From NCBI GenBank assembly GCA_947175265.1, contig CAMWMD010000003.1:49804-113803 (forward strand): a DNA stretch of 64,000 nt. The letters run 5' to 3'. The notes beneath the pieces were generated by a model, which had not been told where the DNA came from, ran no database searches, and saw nothing but the letters and a program-made list of their open reading frames with translations. The stretch is from an uncultured Porphyromonadaceae bacterium. GTDB taxonomy: Bacteria; Bacteroidota; Bacteroidia; Bacteroidales; Muribaculaceae. This document shows, one piece after another, positions 1 to 8,647 of the stretch (position 1 is its first letter; every line of letters starts with the position of its first letter). A program made the position numbers and the translations under genes.

Positions 1-1997
1 CCTTCATATATCCCACCGACGGCTACCGTCTGATACAGACGGCCATGAAAATCCTGAAGGGGGAGAATTACGACCGTGAGGTGCTCCTTCCGGGTTCGGT
101 GGTTGACCCCTCCAATTCCGCGTCGCTCCTCCTGCAGTATGATGAACTTGTGGCAGAGACAGAAAAGATATACGGGCTCAAGGAGATGGTGGATGATTAC
201 TGGCACCGCCATTCCGTGCAGACCACTTTCCTCTATGCCGTGATAGCGATAGTGGCCCTGCTCTTCGCGCTCCTATTTATAATGCTCCGTATGTATTGGG
301 TAAAAAAGAGACATCAGGAGCAACTCGCCGCCCAGAACCAGTTGCTTGAGGAGCAGCGCGACCTTCTCTCTGAGCAGCGCGACCGCCTCGAGGAACAACG
401 CGACCGTGAGGTGGCGTTGAATGAGAAACTGACGGAGGCCACCAATTCCAAACTTGCCTTCTTCACCAACGTCTCGCATGACTTGCGCACCCCCCTCACG
501 CTGATAGCGGAGCCAGTGGCTCAACTTACGGGGGCGACCAACCTCACGCCCGTGCAGCAGAATCTCGTGAGGATAGCCGACAAGAATGTGCTTATCCTGC
601 GTCGACTCATCAATCAGATACTCGATTTCAGGAAATATGAGAACGATAAACTCAATCTCAACCTCACGGAGGTGGATTTCCACAAGTGTGTGACCGACTG
701 GATGGAATCGTTTTACGGCGTGGCACGCCGGCGCGACATCTCCCTGACGCTGCATATCGACGATGAGGCGATGCCGATAGCCATGGATGCGGAGAAGATA
801 GAGAGGGTCTTCTTCAATCTACTCTCCAATGCACTGAAATATACCCCGGCCAACGGGAAGATAGACGTGTATTGCACCCTGACGGACAACCGTCTCGTAT
901 TTAAGGTGACTGATACGGGTGAGGGTATCACCGAGAGGGACCTCGGCAACATATTCGACCGTTTCTTCCAGGTGGACCGTGTGCATCCCAAAGGTTCGGG
1001 AATCGGACTGTCGCTCGCAAAGGCATTTGTGGAACTTCACGGTGGCAGCATCTCCGTGGAGAGCGAATTGAAGAAAGGGTCAGTATTCACTGTCTCGCTC
1101 CCCGTGCGTCATATCTCCGAATCCGTGCAGAACATAGAGAAGAATATCGACAATCATACGGTGTCGTCGGAACTGGAGACCGTGGAGGGTGAGACGGTAT
1201 TCGAGAACGACCGTCCGCTTGTTCTCATCATAGATGACAATAAGGATATAAGGGAACTTGTGGGTAGCCTGCTCAATCCCACCTATAATATAATAACGGC
1301 CTCCAACGGGGCAGAAGGGGTGAAGAAGGCTATGAAGTACGTCCCTGACCTTGTGGTGTGTGATGTGATGATGCCGGTGATGAACGGTATGGAATGTTGC
1401 CGCAAACTGAAGGAGGAGTTGTCGACTTCCCACATCCCCGTGTTGCTCCTGACGGCTTGCACGCAGGAGGAGCAGCGGATAGAGGGTTACGACTGCGGAG
1501 CCGACGGTTATCTTTCAAAACCCTTCTCGGGAGCGGTGTTGAAGTCGAGGGTGGCGAGCCTTATAGCCAACCGTTACCGGATACGCCGTCTGTGGCAGAA
1601 TCCTGTATCCGCGCCTTCGGAGAAGAAGGAGCGTCCGAAGCAGCAGAAAGGAGCGTTGAAGGATATCGACAATGCCTTCTACCAGCGTTTCCTTGAATAT
1701 TTCACCAAAGATATGGGTAATCCCGACCTTACGGTAGACCAGATTGCGGCCAAGATGGGTCTTGAGCGCACGCAGTTCTACCGCAAGATAAAGTCGCTTA
1801 CGAATTATTCGCCGGTGGAACTTATCCGTCATCTTCGCCTGAACCATGCACGTGTCCTTGTCACGTCGACGGAGAAGTCGATAAGTGAGGTGGCCTACGA
1901 GATAGGGTTCTCGAATCCGGCCTATTTCACCAAGTGCTACCGGGAAGTCTATGGGGAGACACCCACGGAGACACGCCAGAAGATGAACGGAAAGTGA
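1..1997 (+). CDS. Hybrid two-component system sensor kinase/response regulator with AraC-type output; 5' end cut by window edge
   Basis: The frame is open from nt 3 (FIYPTDGYRLIQTAMKILKG...). This stretch aligns with residues ~260 onward of the full-length paralog at 11230..13974 (ATFLYSTEGDRIIRTSLDILNG...), so the tracked Met at 45 is internal. It has a TM segment, H-box FFTNVSHDLRTPL, ATPase motifs DTGEGI/GSGIGL, a receiver (LVLIIDDNKDIRE...VVCDVMMP) and a C-terminal AraC HTH. Confidence 0.9.
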   Translation, partial: FIYPTDGYRLIQTAMKILKGENYDREVLLPGSVVDPSNSASLLLQYDELVAETEKIYGLKEMVDDYWHRHSVQTTFLYAVIAIVALLFALLFIMLRMYWVKKRHQEQLAAQNQLLEEQRDLLSEQRDRLEEQRDREVALNEKLTEATNSKLAFFTNVSHDLRTPLTLIAEPVAQLTGATNLTPVQQNLVRIADKNVLILRRLINQILDFRKYENDKLNLNLTEVDFHKCVTDWMESFYGVARRRDISLTLHIDDEAMPIAMDAEKIERVFFNLLSNALKYTPANGKIDVYCTLTDNRLVFKVTDTGEGITERDLGNIFDRFFQVDRVHPKGSGIGLSLAKAFVELHGGSISVESELKKGSVFTVSLPVRHISESVQNIEKNIDNHTVSSELETVEGETVFENDRPLVLIIDDNKDIRELVGSLLNPTYNIITASNGAEGVKKAMKYVPDLVVCDVMMPVMNGMECCRKLKEELSTSHIPVLLLTACTQEEQRIEGYDCGADGYLSKPFSGAVLKSRVASLIANRYRIRRLWQNPVSAPSEKKERPKQQKGALKDIDNAFYQRFLEYFTKDMGNPDLTVDQIAAKMGLERTQFYRKIKSLTNYSPVELIRHLRLNHARVLVTSTEKSISEVAYEIGFSNPAYFTKCYREVYGETPTETRQKMNGK

Positions 1998-2176
1998 AGC
2001 CCCGAGAGCCATTTTCGAGGATGGGTGTGAGAGACGGCTTATAAAAAATCAACAAATGATTGTAAAAAAACAATGCCTGATGCTACAAATGTTGTATTGT
2101 ATGTGAAAAATCGTGCATTTCACAAATAATAATACAAACGTCAACAAATGTTATAGGTGATGGTGAGAAGGTTGGC

Positions 2177-2184
2177 TAACTTTG
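2177..2184 (+). promoter_or_regulatory. Bacteroidota -7 promoter box TAACTTTG upstream of susC (pair 1)
   Basis: This is a perfect TAnnTTTG match 32 nt upstream of the ATG. The homologous box lies at 14203..14210. Confidence 0.7.
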
Positions 2185-2215
2185 CGACAGAAATTTTCAC
2201 CAAAGCTAACATAAC

Positions 2216-5200
2216 ATGAAAAAAGTAATCCTCAGTGCATTGCTCATCATCTTTATGGCAATTGCCGCCTACGCACAGGAAATGACAGTGCGGGGCACAG
2301 TGATTTCTCGCTTCGATGACGAGCCCCTGATCGGGGCGACCGTACTCTGCGAGGTCACTAAACAAGGTACATCCACCGACATTGAAGGTAAGTTTGTACT
2401 CAAAGTTCCTGAGGGTTCACTCCTTAAAGTCTCATACATCGGCTATCAGTCGGTAGAGGTGAAGGCGGAACCCGAGATGACCATCTTCCTTGACGAGGAC
2501 ACGGGTGTCCTTGACGAAGTGGTGGTGATAGGTTACCAGACAGTCCGCAAGGCCGACCTTACAGGTGCGGTATCCGTGATGAACATGAAGGAACCACTCA
2601 GCGAGAACTCAGGAAACATCATGAACTCCATGGCCGGCAAGCTTCCCGGTGTGAACGTAGTGCCCGACGCTGCTCCCGGTGGCACAGGTTCAATCCGTGT
2701 GCGCGGTATGTCGACAGCCAACTCAAGCAACGATCCCCTCTACGTCATAGACGGTGTTCCTACCGACAACATCAACTGCATCAACCCAAGCGATATCGAG
2801 ACCATGCAGGTGCTCAAGGATGCAGCATCGGCATCAATCTACGGTTCGCGTGCAGCCAACGGCGTAGTGATCATCACCACCAAGCATGGTAAGGGCGACC
2901 GCCTCTCAGTGAATGTGAACTATGCAGTGACGGCGCAGACCATCGCAAAGAGATATAAGGTGATGAATGCCGAGCAGTGGGGCCAGGCTTACTGGATGGC
3001 CTCCAAGAACTCGGGTATCAAGCCTTCACACGTGCTCTACGGCGACGGCGCAACTCCGGTGCTTCAGCAGTATGCCGACGGCAACCCCAACTTCCCGACC
3101 ACAAACACAGACTGGCAGGATGAGGTGTACCACACAGCATGGACCAACAACCTCACCGCAACCGTATCAAACAACTCAGAGAAAGGGTCAGTTCTTTTCT
3201 CAGCCAACTACATCAACCAGAACGGTAACATCAAGGATACATTCTACGAGCGTTACTCAGCCCGCGTAAACTCAAGATACTCTCTCGGCAAGTATATCGC
3301 AGTAGGTGAGAATCTCGTTGTCGCACGCTGGAGCAACCGTGGTATGGACGTTGCAGGCGATCGAGGCATACCTTTCACAGCACTCTCACAGATGCCCGCC
3401 CTTCCGGTGAAGGGTGTGAACGGAGAATGGGCAAACCCGATGACCCTCATAAAATCCGACCTCGCCAACCCCGTACAGTTGATTTCAAACGCAGCCGACA
3501 ACTCCTCCACATCTTGGAGAATACTTGGCAACGCCTTCCTTGAGGTTTATCCTATCGAGGGCCTCATCCTGAAGACCAATATCGGCATCGAGCACAGCCA
3601 ATACCTCAACCAGACCCTCAACCGCCGTGTCAACGTCAACGACGTAAACTCAGTTGACGAGGCTTACGGACAGGGCGACACCTGGACATGGACCAACACA
3701 GCCAACTATAACAAGACCTTCAATGAGGCACACCACCTGATGGCCCTCATCGGTACAGAGGCAATCGGCTACACTTTCAAGGATCTTACCGCTTTCCGCG
3801 ACGGCTTCGCATTTGAAGATACAGATTATATGCAGGTAGGCGCCGGCACAGGCACACAGAAAGGTGGCGGCGGCAAGAACCAGTGGTCAGTGTTCTCACT
3901 TTTCGCAAAAGTAGACTACAACTACAGCGACCGTTATCTGGCATCGTTCACAATCCGTAGGGATGAGAACTCACGTTTCGCAAAGGGTCACCGTTCAGGC
4001 GTGTTCCCCGCATTCTCACTCGCATGGCGCCCCACAGCTGAAGATTTCTGGCCCAAGAATGAGATTCTCACAGACATGAAGATCCGCTACTCATGGGGTC
4101 AGAACGGTAACGCGATGATTCCGTCACTCTATCCGGCTTACTCCACTTATATCTTCAACATCGGCAACGGCGCTTACGACATCGCAGGCACAAACTCATC
4201 TACGACATCAGGTATCACACTCGCTTCTACGGGCAATCCTGACTTGACATGGGAGACCACGACACAGAACAACATCGGTGTTGACTTCCAGTTCCTCAGC
4301 GGCGCCATCAACCTTTCGGCTGACTACTATATCAAGAAGACCAAAGACATGCTCACCATTCCGCCGGCACTCGACGTGGCAGGTGAGAACGCAGCGACAT
4401 GGCTCAACACCGGCTCTATGCGCAACACAGGTTGGGAAGTATCTCTCGGTTACAACTCACCGATGTATGGCGACTTCTCCTGGAACGGATCAATCAACAT
4501 CTCTCAGTACAAGAACAAACTGCTCAACCTGAACAGCCGTCAGGAATTCATCGGTGGTGATTCCCGCCTTGTTCCCGGCAAGCCTATGGGTATCTACTAC
4601 GGCTATGTATGCGACGGTATCTTCCAGAGCATGGAGGAGGTAGCCAACCATGCAGAGCAGCAGGGTGCCGCTCCGGGCCGTCTGATGTACCGCGACCTCA
4701 ACGGCGACGGTGTGATCTCAGATGCCGACCGCTGCTACATCGGCGACCCGAATCCGGATTTGTCAATGGGTATCAACCTTGCGTTCAAATACAAGGCCTT
4801 CACACTCGACATGTTCTTCTCCGGCGATTTCGGTCAGGACATCATCAACCGCATGAAGGGTCAGCTCTACAGCTTTGGCCGCGCCAACACCAACACCAAC
4901 CATGCAGCCGACATCCTCAACGCATGGACACCCGAGAACAGGAACACCGATATCCCGGCTCTCTCCCTCACGGATGCCAACAACGAGGCACGTTTCTCTA
5001 CTTACTATGTGGAAGACGGCTCATACATGAAGATGAAATATCTGAAACTCGGCTACACGCTTCCGCAGAACATCACAAAGAAGTTCGCATGCGAGAGTTT
5101 CAATATCTTCGCACAGGTGGAGAATGTGTTCACAATGACCAAGTACAAAGGTCTTGATCCCGAGATTCTCCCCGGCGGTTACGGCATACTCGAGGATAAC

Positions 5201-5254
5201 GGTGCCTATCCCCGTCCCCGCTCATTCACATTCGGTGTAAACCTCCAGTTCTAA
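2216..5254 (+). CDS. SusC/RagA-family TonB-dependent outer-membrane transporter (pair 1)
   Basis: 1012 aa with a signal peptide, an N-terminal carboxypeptidase-regulatory-like domain (TVRGTVISRFDDEPLIGATV) and a plug region (LDEVVVIGYQT...IYGSRAANGVVIITTK). It ends in the aromatic ...NLQF. A SusD gene follows 21 nt downstream. Confidence 0.95.
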   Translation: MKKVILSALLIIFMAIAAYAQEMTVRGTVISRFDDEPLIGATVLCEVTKQGTSTDIEGKFVLKVPEGSLLKVSYIGYQSVEVKAEPEMTIFLDEDTGVLDEVVVIGYQTVRKADLTGAVSVMNMKEPLSENSGNIMNSMAGKLPGVNVVPDAAPGGTGSIRVRGMSTANSSNDPLYVIDGVPTDNINCINPSDIETMQVLKDAASASIYGSRAANGVVIITTKHGKGDRLSVNVNYAVTAQTIAKRYKVMNAEQWGQAYWMASKNSGIKPSHVLYGDGATPVLQQYADGNPNFPTTNTDWQDEVYHTAWTNNLTATVSNNSEKGSVLFSANYINQNGNIKDTFYERYSARVNSRYSLGKYIAVGENLVVARWSNRGMDVAGDRGIPFTALSQMPALPVKGVNGEWANPMTLIKSDLANPVQLISNAADNSSTSWRILGNAFLEVYPIEGLILKTNIGIEHSQYLNQTLNRRVNVNDVNSVDEAYGQGDTWTWTNTANYNKTFNEAHHLMALIGTEAIGYTFKDLTAFRDGFAFEDTDYMQVGAGTGTQKGGGGKNQWSVFSLFAKVDYNYSDRYLASFTIRRDENSRFAKGHRSGVFPAFSLAWRPTAEDFWPKNEILTDMKIRYSWGQNGNAMIPSLYPAYSTYIFNIGNGAYDIAGTNSSTTSGITLASTGNPDLTWETTTQNNIGVDFQFLSGAINLSADYYIKKTKDMLTIPPALDVAGENAATWLNTGSMRNTGWEVSLGYNSPMYGDFSWNGSINISQYKNKLLNLNSRQEFIGGDSRLVPGKPMGIYYGYVCDGIFQSMEEVANHAEQQGAAPGRLMYRDLNGDGVISDADRCYIGDPNPDLSMGINLAFKYKAFTLDMFFSGDFGQDIINRMKGQLYSFGRANTNTNHAADILNAWTPENRNTDIPALSLTDANNEARFSTYYVEDGSYMKMKYLKLGYTLPQNITKKFACESFNIFAQVENVFTMTKYKGLDPEILPGGYGILEDNGAYPRPRSFTFGVNLQF

Positions 5255-5275
5255 CATTATCAAGAAATTTCAAAA

Positions 5276-6955
5276 ATGAAAAAGATAAAATCATTCATAA
5301 AGAAATCTGCCCTCGCCGCATCAATCGTGGCTCTCGGCATGGGTGCGGTGTCTTGCAACGACCTTCTCGACACCAAACCGCAGGGACAGTTCACATCCGG
5401 GCAGATCGGCGATGAAGAGGCAATCGACATGATGACCTCGGCCTACGCCACACTCCTCTGCCATTATTTCGGCAACAACGAATCGTTTGCAGGCCCTATC
5501 AACAACTGGGTGTTCGATATCCGTTCAGACGATGCCCAGAAAGGTGGCGGCGAACTTGGCTACGAGGTTTATATGCACGAGTTCTCAATCGGTAACGTGC
5601 AGAGCGATAACCCGATTCTGAGCTTCAAGTGGAGAAACGACTTTTTCTCAATCTCACGCTGCAACACAGCCATCAAGGCACTCCTTGCCGCCGACAACCT
5701 CTCGGATGCCAACAGGAAGGCATACATCGCCGAGATGAAGACTCTCCGTGCCTACTACTACTTCGATCTCTACCGTATATTCAAGAAATTCCCTTATTTC
5801 GACGAGACAGTGGTAGATCCCTCTTCAGTAAGCGCGAACGAGTATTCCCGCGATGAGATAATCGGATTCATCATATCCGACCTCAAGCAGGCATACGCCG
5901 ATAATGTGGCTTCACAGAGCCAGCCGGGACGTTTCAACAAGTATGTGGCAGCTGCAATCCTTGCGAAAGTGGCCCTTTTCAACCACGACTACGCAATGGC
6001 CGAGGAGTATGCACAGAACGTGATCGCCAGCGGTCAATACCAACTCTATCCCAACTTCCTCGACATCTCCAAGCCTGAGATGAACAACCAGTACGAGTCT
6101 GTAATGGCAGTACAGTTCTCTTCAGCCAACAACCCCGACCAGTTCAACTTCAACAACTGTCTTAACTGTACGGTGTCTGAAGGTGACGTGTATGGTAACG
6201 GCGACGACTTCTATACAGGCTCTCAGGACCTCGTGAACGCATTCCGTACGGATGCCAGCGGTCTTCCTTATCTTGATGCAGCCAACGCACCTTCGCAGAA
6301 TCTTGACAAGGCTGATTACGCCGGCAACGTCGACCCCCGTGTAGATTTCACATTCGGACGTATCGGGATGCCCTGGAGAGGCTTGCCCTACAATGAGAAA
6401 TGGTGCCGTAACCTCAACAACTACAGCCAGTATTCAGGCAAGAAGCCTTATCCCGCTCCCGATAGCCCTTACGTGACAGTAGGTATCGTGCCCTGGGGTG
6501 CTTCATCACTCAACTACATCATCATCCGTTATGCCGACGTGTTGCTCATGAAGGCCGAGGCGCTTATCGAGCAGAACAAGAATCTTGACGAGGCACGCGA
6601 CCTCATCAACCAGATCAGGGCAAAAGCCAACCGTTCTGTCGACGCATCCTACCTTCCGGTAGACTGCAACCCGATGGTGGCAACATATCTTGTGCGTGAA
6701 TATGGCGCACAGGGCTGGAGCCAGGATTATGCCCGCAAGGCAGTGCGCATGGAACGCCGTCTCGAACTCGCAATGGAGGGTCACCGCTGGTTTGACCTCG
6801 TACGCTGGGGTGAGGCCGTAAGCACAGTCAACGCTTACTATGCAAAGGAGAAGAACATCTTCCATTATCTTGACAACGCACACCTCAATGAGGCTGACAT
6901 CTATTGCCCGATTCCTCTCGATCAGGTGGATAACGCAGGCGATCTCTATAAATAA
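5276..6955 (+). CDS. SusD/RagB-family nutrient-binding lipoprotein (pair 1)
   Basis: 559 aa with a lipoprotein signal (GAVSCND) and the SusD C-terminal signature ERRLELAMEGHRWFDLVRWG. It lies immediately after a susC gene. Confidence 0.93.
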   Translation: MKKIKSFIKKSALAASIVALGMGAVSCNDLLDTKPQGQFTSGQIGDEEAIDMMTSAYATLLCHYFGNNESFAGPINNWVFDIRSDDAQKGGGELGYEVYMHEFSIGNVQSDNPILSFKWRNDFFSISRCNTAIKALLAADNLSDANRKAYIAEMKTLRAYYYFDLYRIFKKFPYFDETVVDPSSVSANEYSRDEIIGFIISDLKQAYADNVASQSQPGRFNKYVAAAILAKVALFNHDYAMAEEYAQNVIASGQYQLYPNFLDISKPEMNNQYESVMAVQFSSANNPDQFNFNNCLNCTVSEGDVYGNGDDFYTGSQDLVNAFRTDASGLPYLDAANAPSQNLDKADYAGNVDPRVDFTFGRIGMPWRGLPYNEKWCRNLNNYSQYSGKKPYPAPDSPYVTVGIVPWGASSLNYIIIRYADVLLMKAEALIEQNKNLDEARDLINQIRAKANRSVDASYLPVDCNPMVATYLVREYGAQGWSQDYARKAVRMERRLELAMEGHRWFDLVRWGEAVSTVNAYYAKEKNIFHYLDNAHLNEADIYCPIPLDQVDNAGDLYK

Positions 6956-6984
6956 GAATCAACAACAGTAACAAACCGAAAGAA

Positions 6985-8457
6985 ATGAAACTCTCAAAAC
7001 TGACATATATAGCCGCAGGTATCTGTCTTCTCGCAAGCAGTTGCTCGGATTACACTCCGAACGGCTATACTGAAGAGCCTACGCTTCCCGTGGTATCCAG
7101 CATGGAATATACGGTAGCCGGTGCAGCCAATCATGATGTTAACATCAACTGGACCCTCCCTGCGGACAACGATGTGACAGGATGTATCCTCTATCGCAAC
7201 GCAACTGAGATAGAGAACTTCGATCTCGATCCGAGCCGCAATTATTCCTACACCGTGCTCGGCACACCCCTGGGTGAGGAGGTGGTCTACACGGTGAAGG
7301 TGAAATATGCCGACGGGAAGATCTCTACCGGCAAATCAGTGGTGATCTCCCTTCCGGAGGAGACATTCGCAGGGGTGAACAATCTTCAGGGCTCAGTCAA
7401 CGGCCGCGCCGTGACACTGAGTTGGACACTACCTTCACAGGCACACCGCACGGGAGTGCGCATCGTCACCAACGGCGATGTTGACAAGGCAGTCCTTCTT
7501 GATGCCGATGCCACTTCCTACGTGCTGAAGGCTCAGCCTATGGAGCAGACATTGAACTACGGTGTAGAGGTAGTGTATGACACCTACTACTATTCACCCA
7601 CCGCAAGCGTGGAGGAGACTATCCCCTATATGGAGCCCAAGATGCTTTACCTCCTTCCCGAGGATGCCGCCACCTACAACGACCTCACCGATGATGACGA
7701 GTATGCAGCCGCACAGTGGTTCGCCGCACAGCCCAATGCAGAGTTCGTACATCCTTCTGAAATCGCCAACTATGATCCGGCAGTATACTCCGTAATGTGG
7801 ATTGAGGTAGACCGTGTAGGTATCGGCATGGGATGGCAGAAACTTCCGTTCGCATCCGATGATTGCATCGCGGCACTGAAGGATTATTCAGCCAACGGCG
7901 GTAGCCTCTATCTCGCCAACATGGCAACTCAGTTGACCGTGCCTCTGGAGATTGTTCCTGAGAACATGGCTCCGACAGTATTCGGCGACGGCAACGGCGG
8001 AAGCGGTGATGATGTTTGGGTAATCAACCCGAACCTCGGCTGGGACTTCAAGGATGGTGCTGACCAGGGATTCTATGACCGCACTGCCCACGCCGTGTAT
8101 GAAGGGCTGACACTCGAGGATCCCAACGGATATGGCTATCCCACCCTTCCTCTCATCGGCCCCGGCCAGCGAGAGGACCACAATTGCCTCTGGGATTGCA
8201 ACATCTATGGAAAAGGCTCCTATCCTGACGTAATCAAGAACTTCGAGGTGACCACCAACTCACTCGTACTCGCAACTTGGGGCCACGTAAGAGACCACTG
8301 CGTAGCAGGCCTCGTGGAGTTCTACTCCAACCCGACACACGGACGCTGCATAGCCAACGGTCTTGCCGCTTACGAGTGGAACCAGAACTCCGGCCCGAAT
8401 CCTTATCAGGCAAATATTGAGAAACTCACAGAAAATATTCTCAACTATTTGAAATAA
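6985..8457 (+). CDS. Surface lipoprotein, probable PUL glycan-binding protein (two Ig/FN3-like repeats + DUF4960-like C-terminal half)
   Basis: 490 aa with lipobox LLASSCSD. Internal repeats NINWTLPADNDVTG and VTLSWTLPSQAHRTG suggest two Ig-like modules. It occupies the third position after susC/susD. The DUF4960 assignment comes from memory of fructan PULs, not from a search. Confidence 0.6.
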   Translation: MKLSKLTYIAAGICLLASSCSDYTPNGYTEEPTLPVVSSMEYTVAGAANHDVNINWTLPADNDVTGCILYRNATEIENFDLDPSRNYSYTVLGTPLGEEVVYTVKVKYADGKISTGKSVVISLPEETFAGVNNLQGSVNGRAVTLSWTLPSQAHRTGVRIVTNGDVDKAVLLDADATSYVLKAQPMEQTLNYGVEVVYDTYYYSPTASVEETIPYMEPKMLYLLPEDAATYNDLTDDDEYAAAQWFAAQPNAEFVHPSEIANYDPAVYSVMWIEVDRVGIGMGWQKLPFASDDCIAALKDYSANGGSLYLANMATQLTVPLEIVPENMAPTVFGDGNGGSGDDVWVINPNLGWDFKDGADQGFYDRTAHAVYEGLTLEDPNGYGYPTLPLIGPGQREDHNCLWDCNIYGKGSYPDVIKNFEVTTNSLVLATWGHVRDHCVAGLVEFYSNPTHGRCIANGLAAYEWNQNSGPNPYQANIEKLTENILNYLK

Positions 8458-8490
8458 ATCTGAAGTTTACACGTTGATTATTAGAGGAGG

Positions 8491-8538
8491 GGAGCGCCAC
8501 GGAGGGGAGATAACCCTCTCCTTCCGTGGCGCTCCTTT
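8491..8538 (+). terminator. Strong hairpin between the lipoprotein gene and the GH32-like gene (terminator/attenuator)
   Basis: A 13-bp perfect stem (GGAGCGCCACGGA / TCCGTGGCGCTCC) has further partial pairing inside it. Only a short TTT follows. Confidence 0.5.
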
Positions 8539-8647
8539 CCAATTTATAAGAATGCCGACAAAAGGCATCTGTCAGTCACTCCAAGTACAATACAATCCTT
8601 GACATTAACCTGAGCCGTAAGATATTGACGGCCATAACGATCTTTAC

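Noticed and set aside
273-2012. Minus-strand ORFs (273..755, 713..991, 1080..1433, 1515..2012) inside the first hybrid-sensor gene. Similar long antisense ORFs occur inside other conserved genes, for example 10325..11071, 12484..13092, 19646..20395, 24018..24992, 29649..30419, 37340..37873, 39061..39801, 42737..43294, 46165..46671, 49260..50132, 51077..51652 and 61007..51513-type cases.
   Set aside because: All lie fully inside longer ORFs with clear family motifs on the opposite strand. Their translations are low-complexity (Arg/Ser/His-rich) and motif-free. They are typical shadow ORFs of ~50% GC coding DNA.
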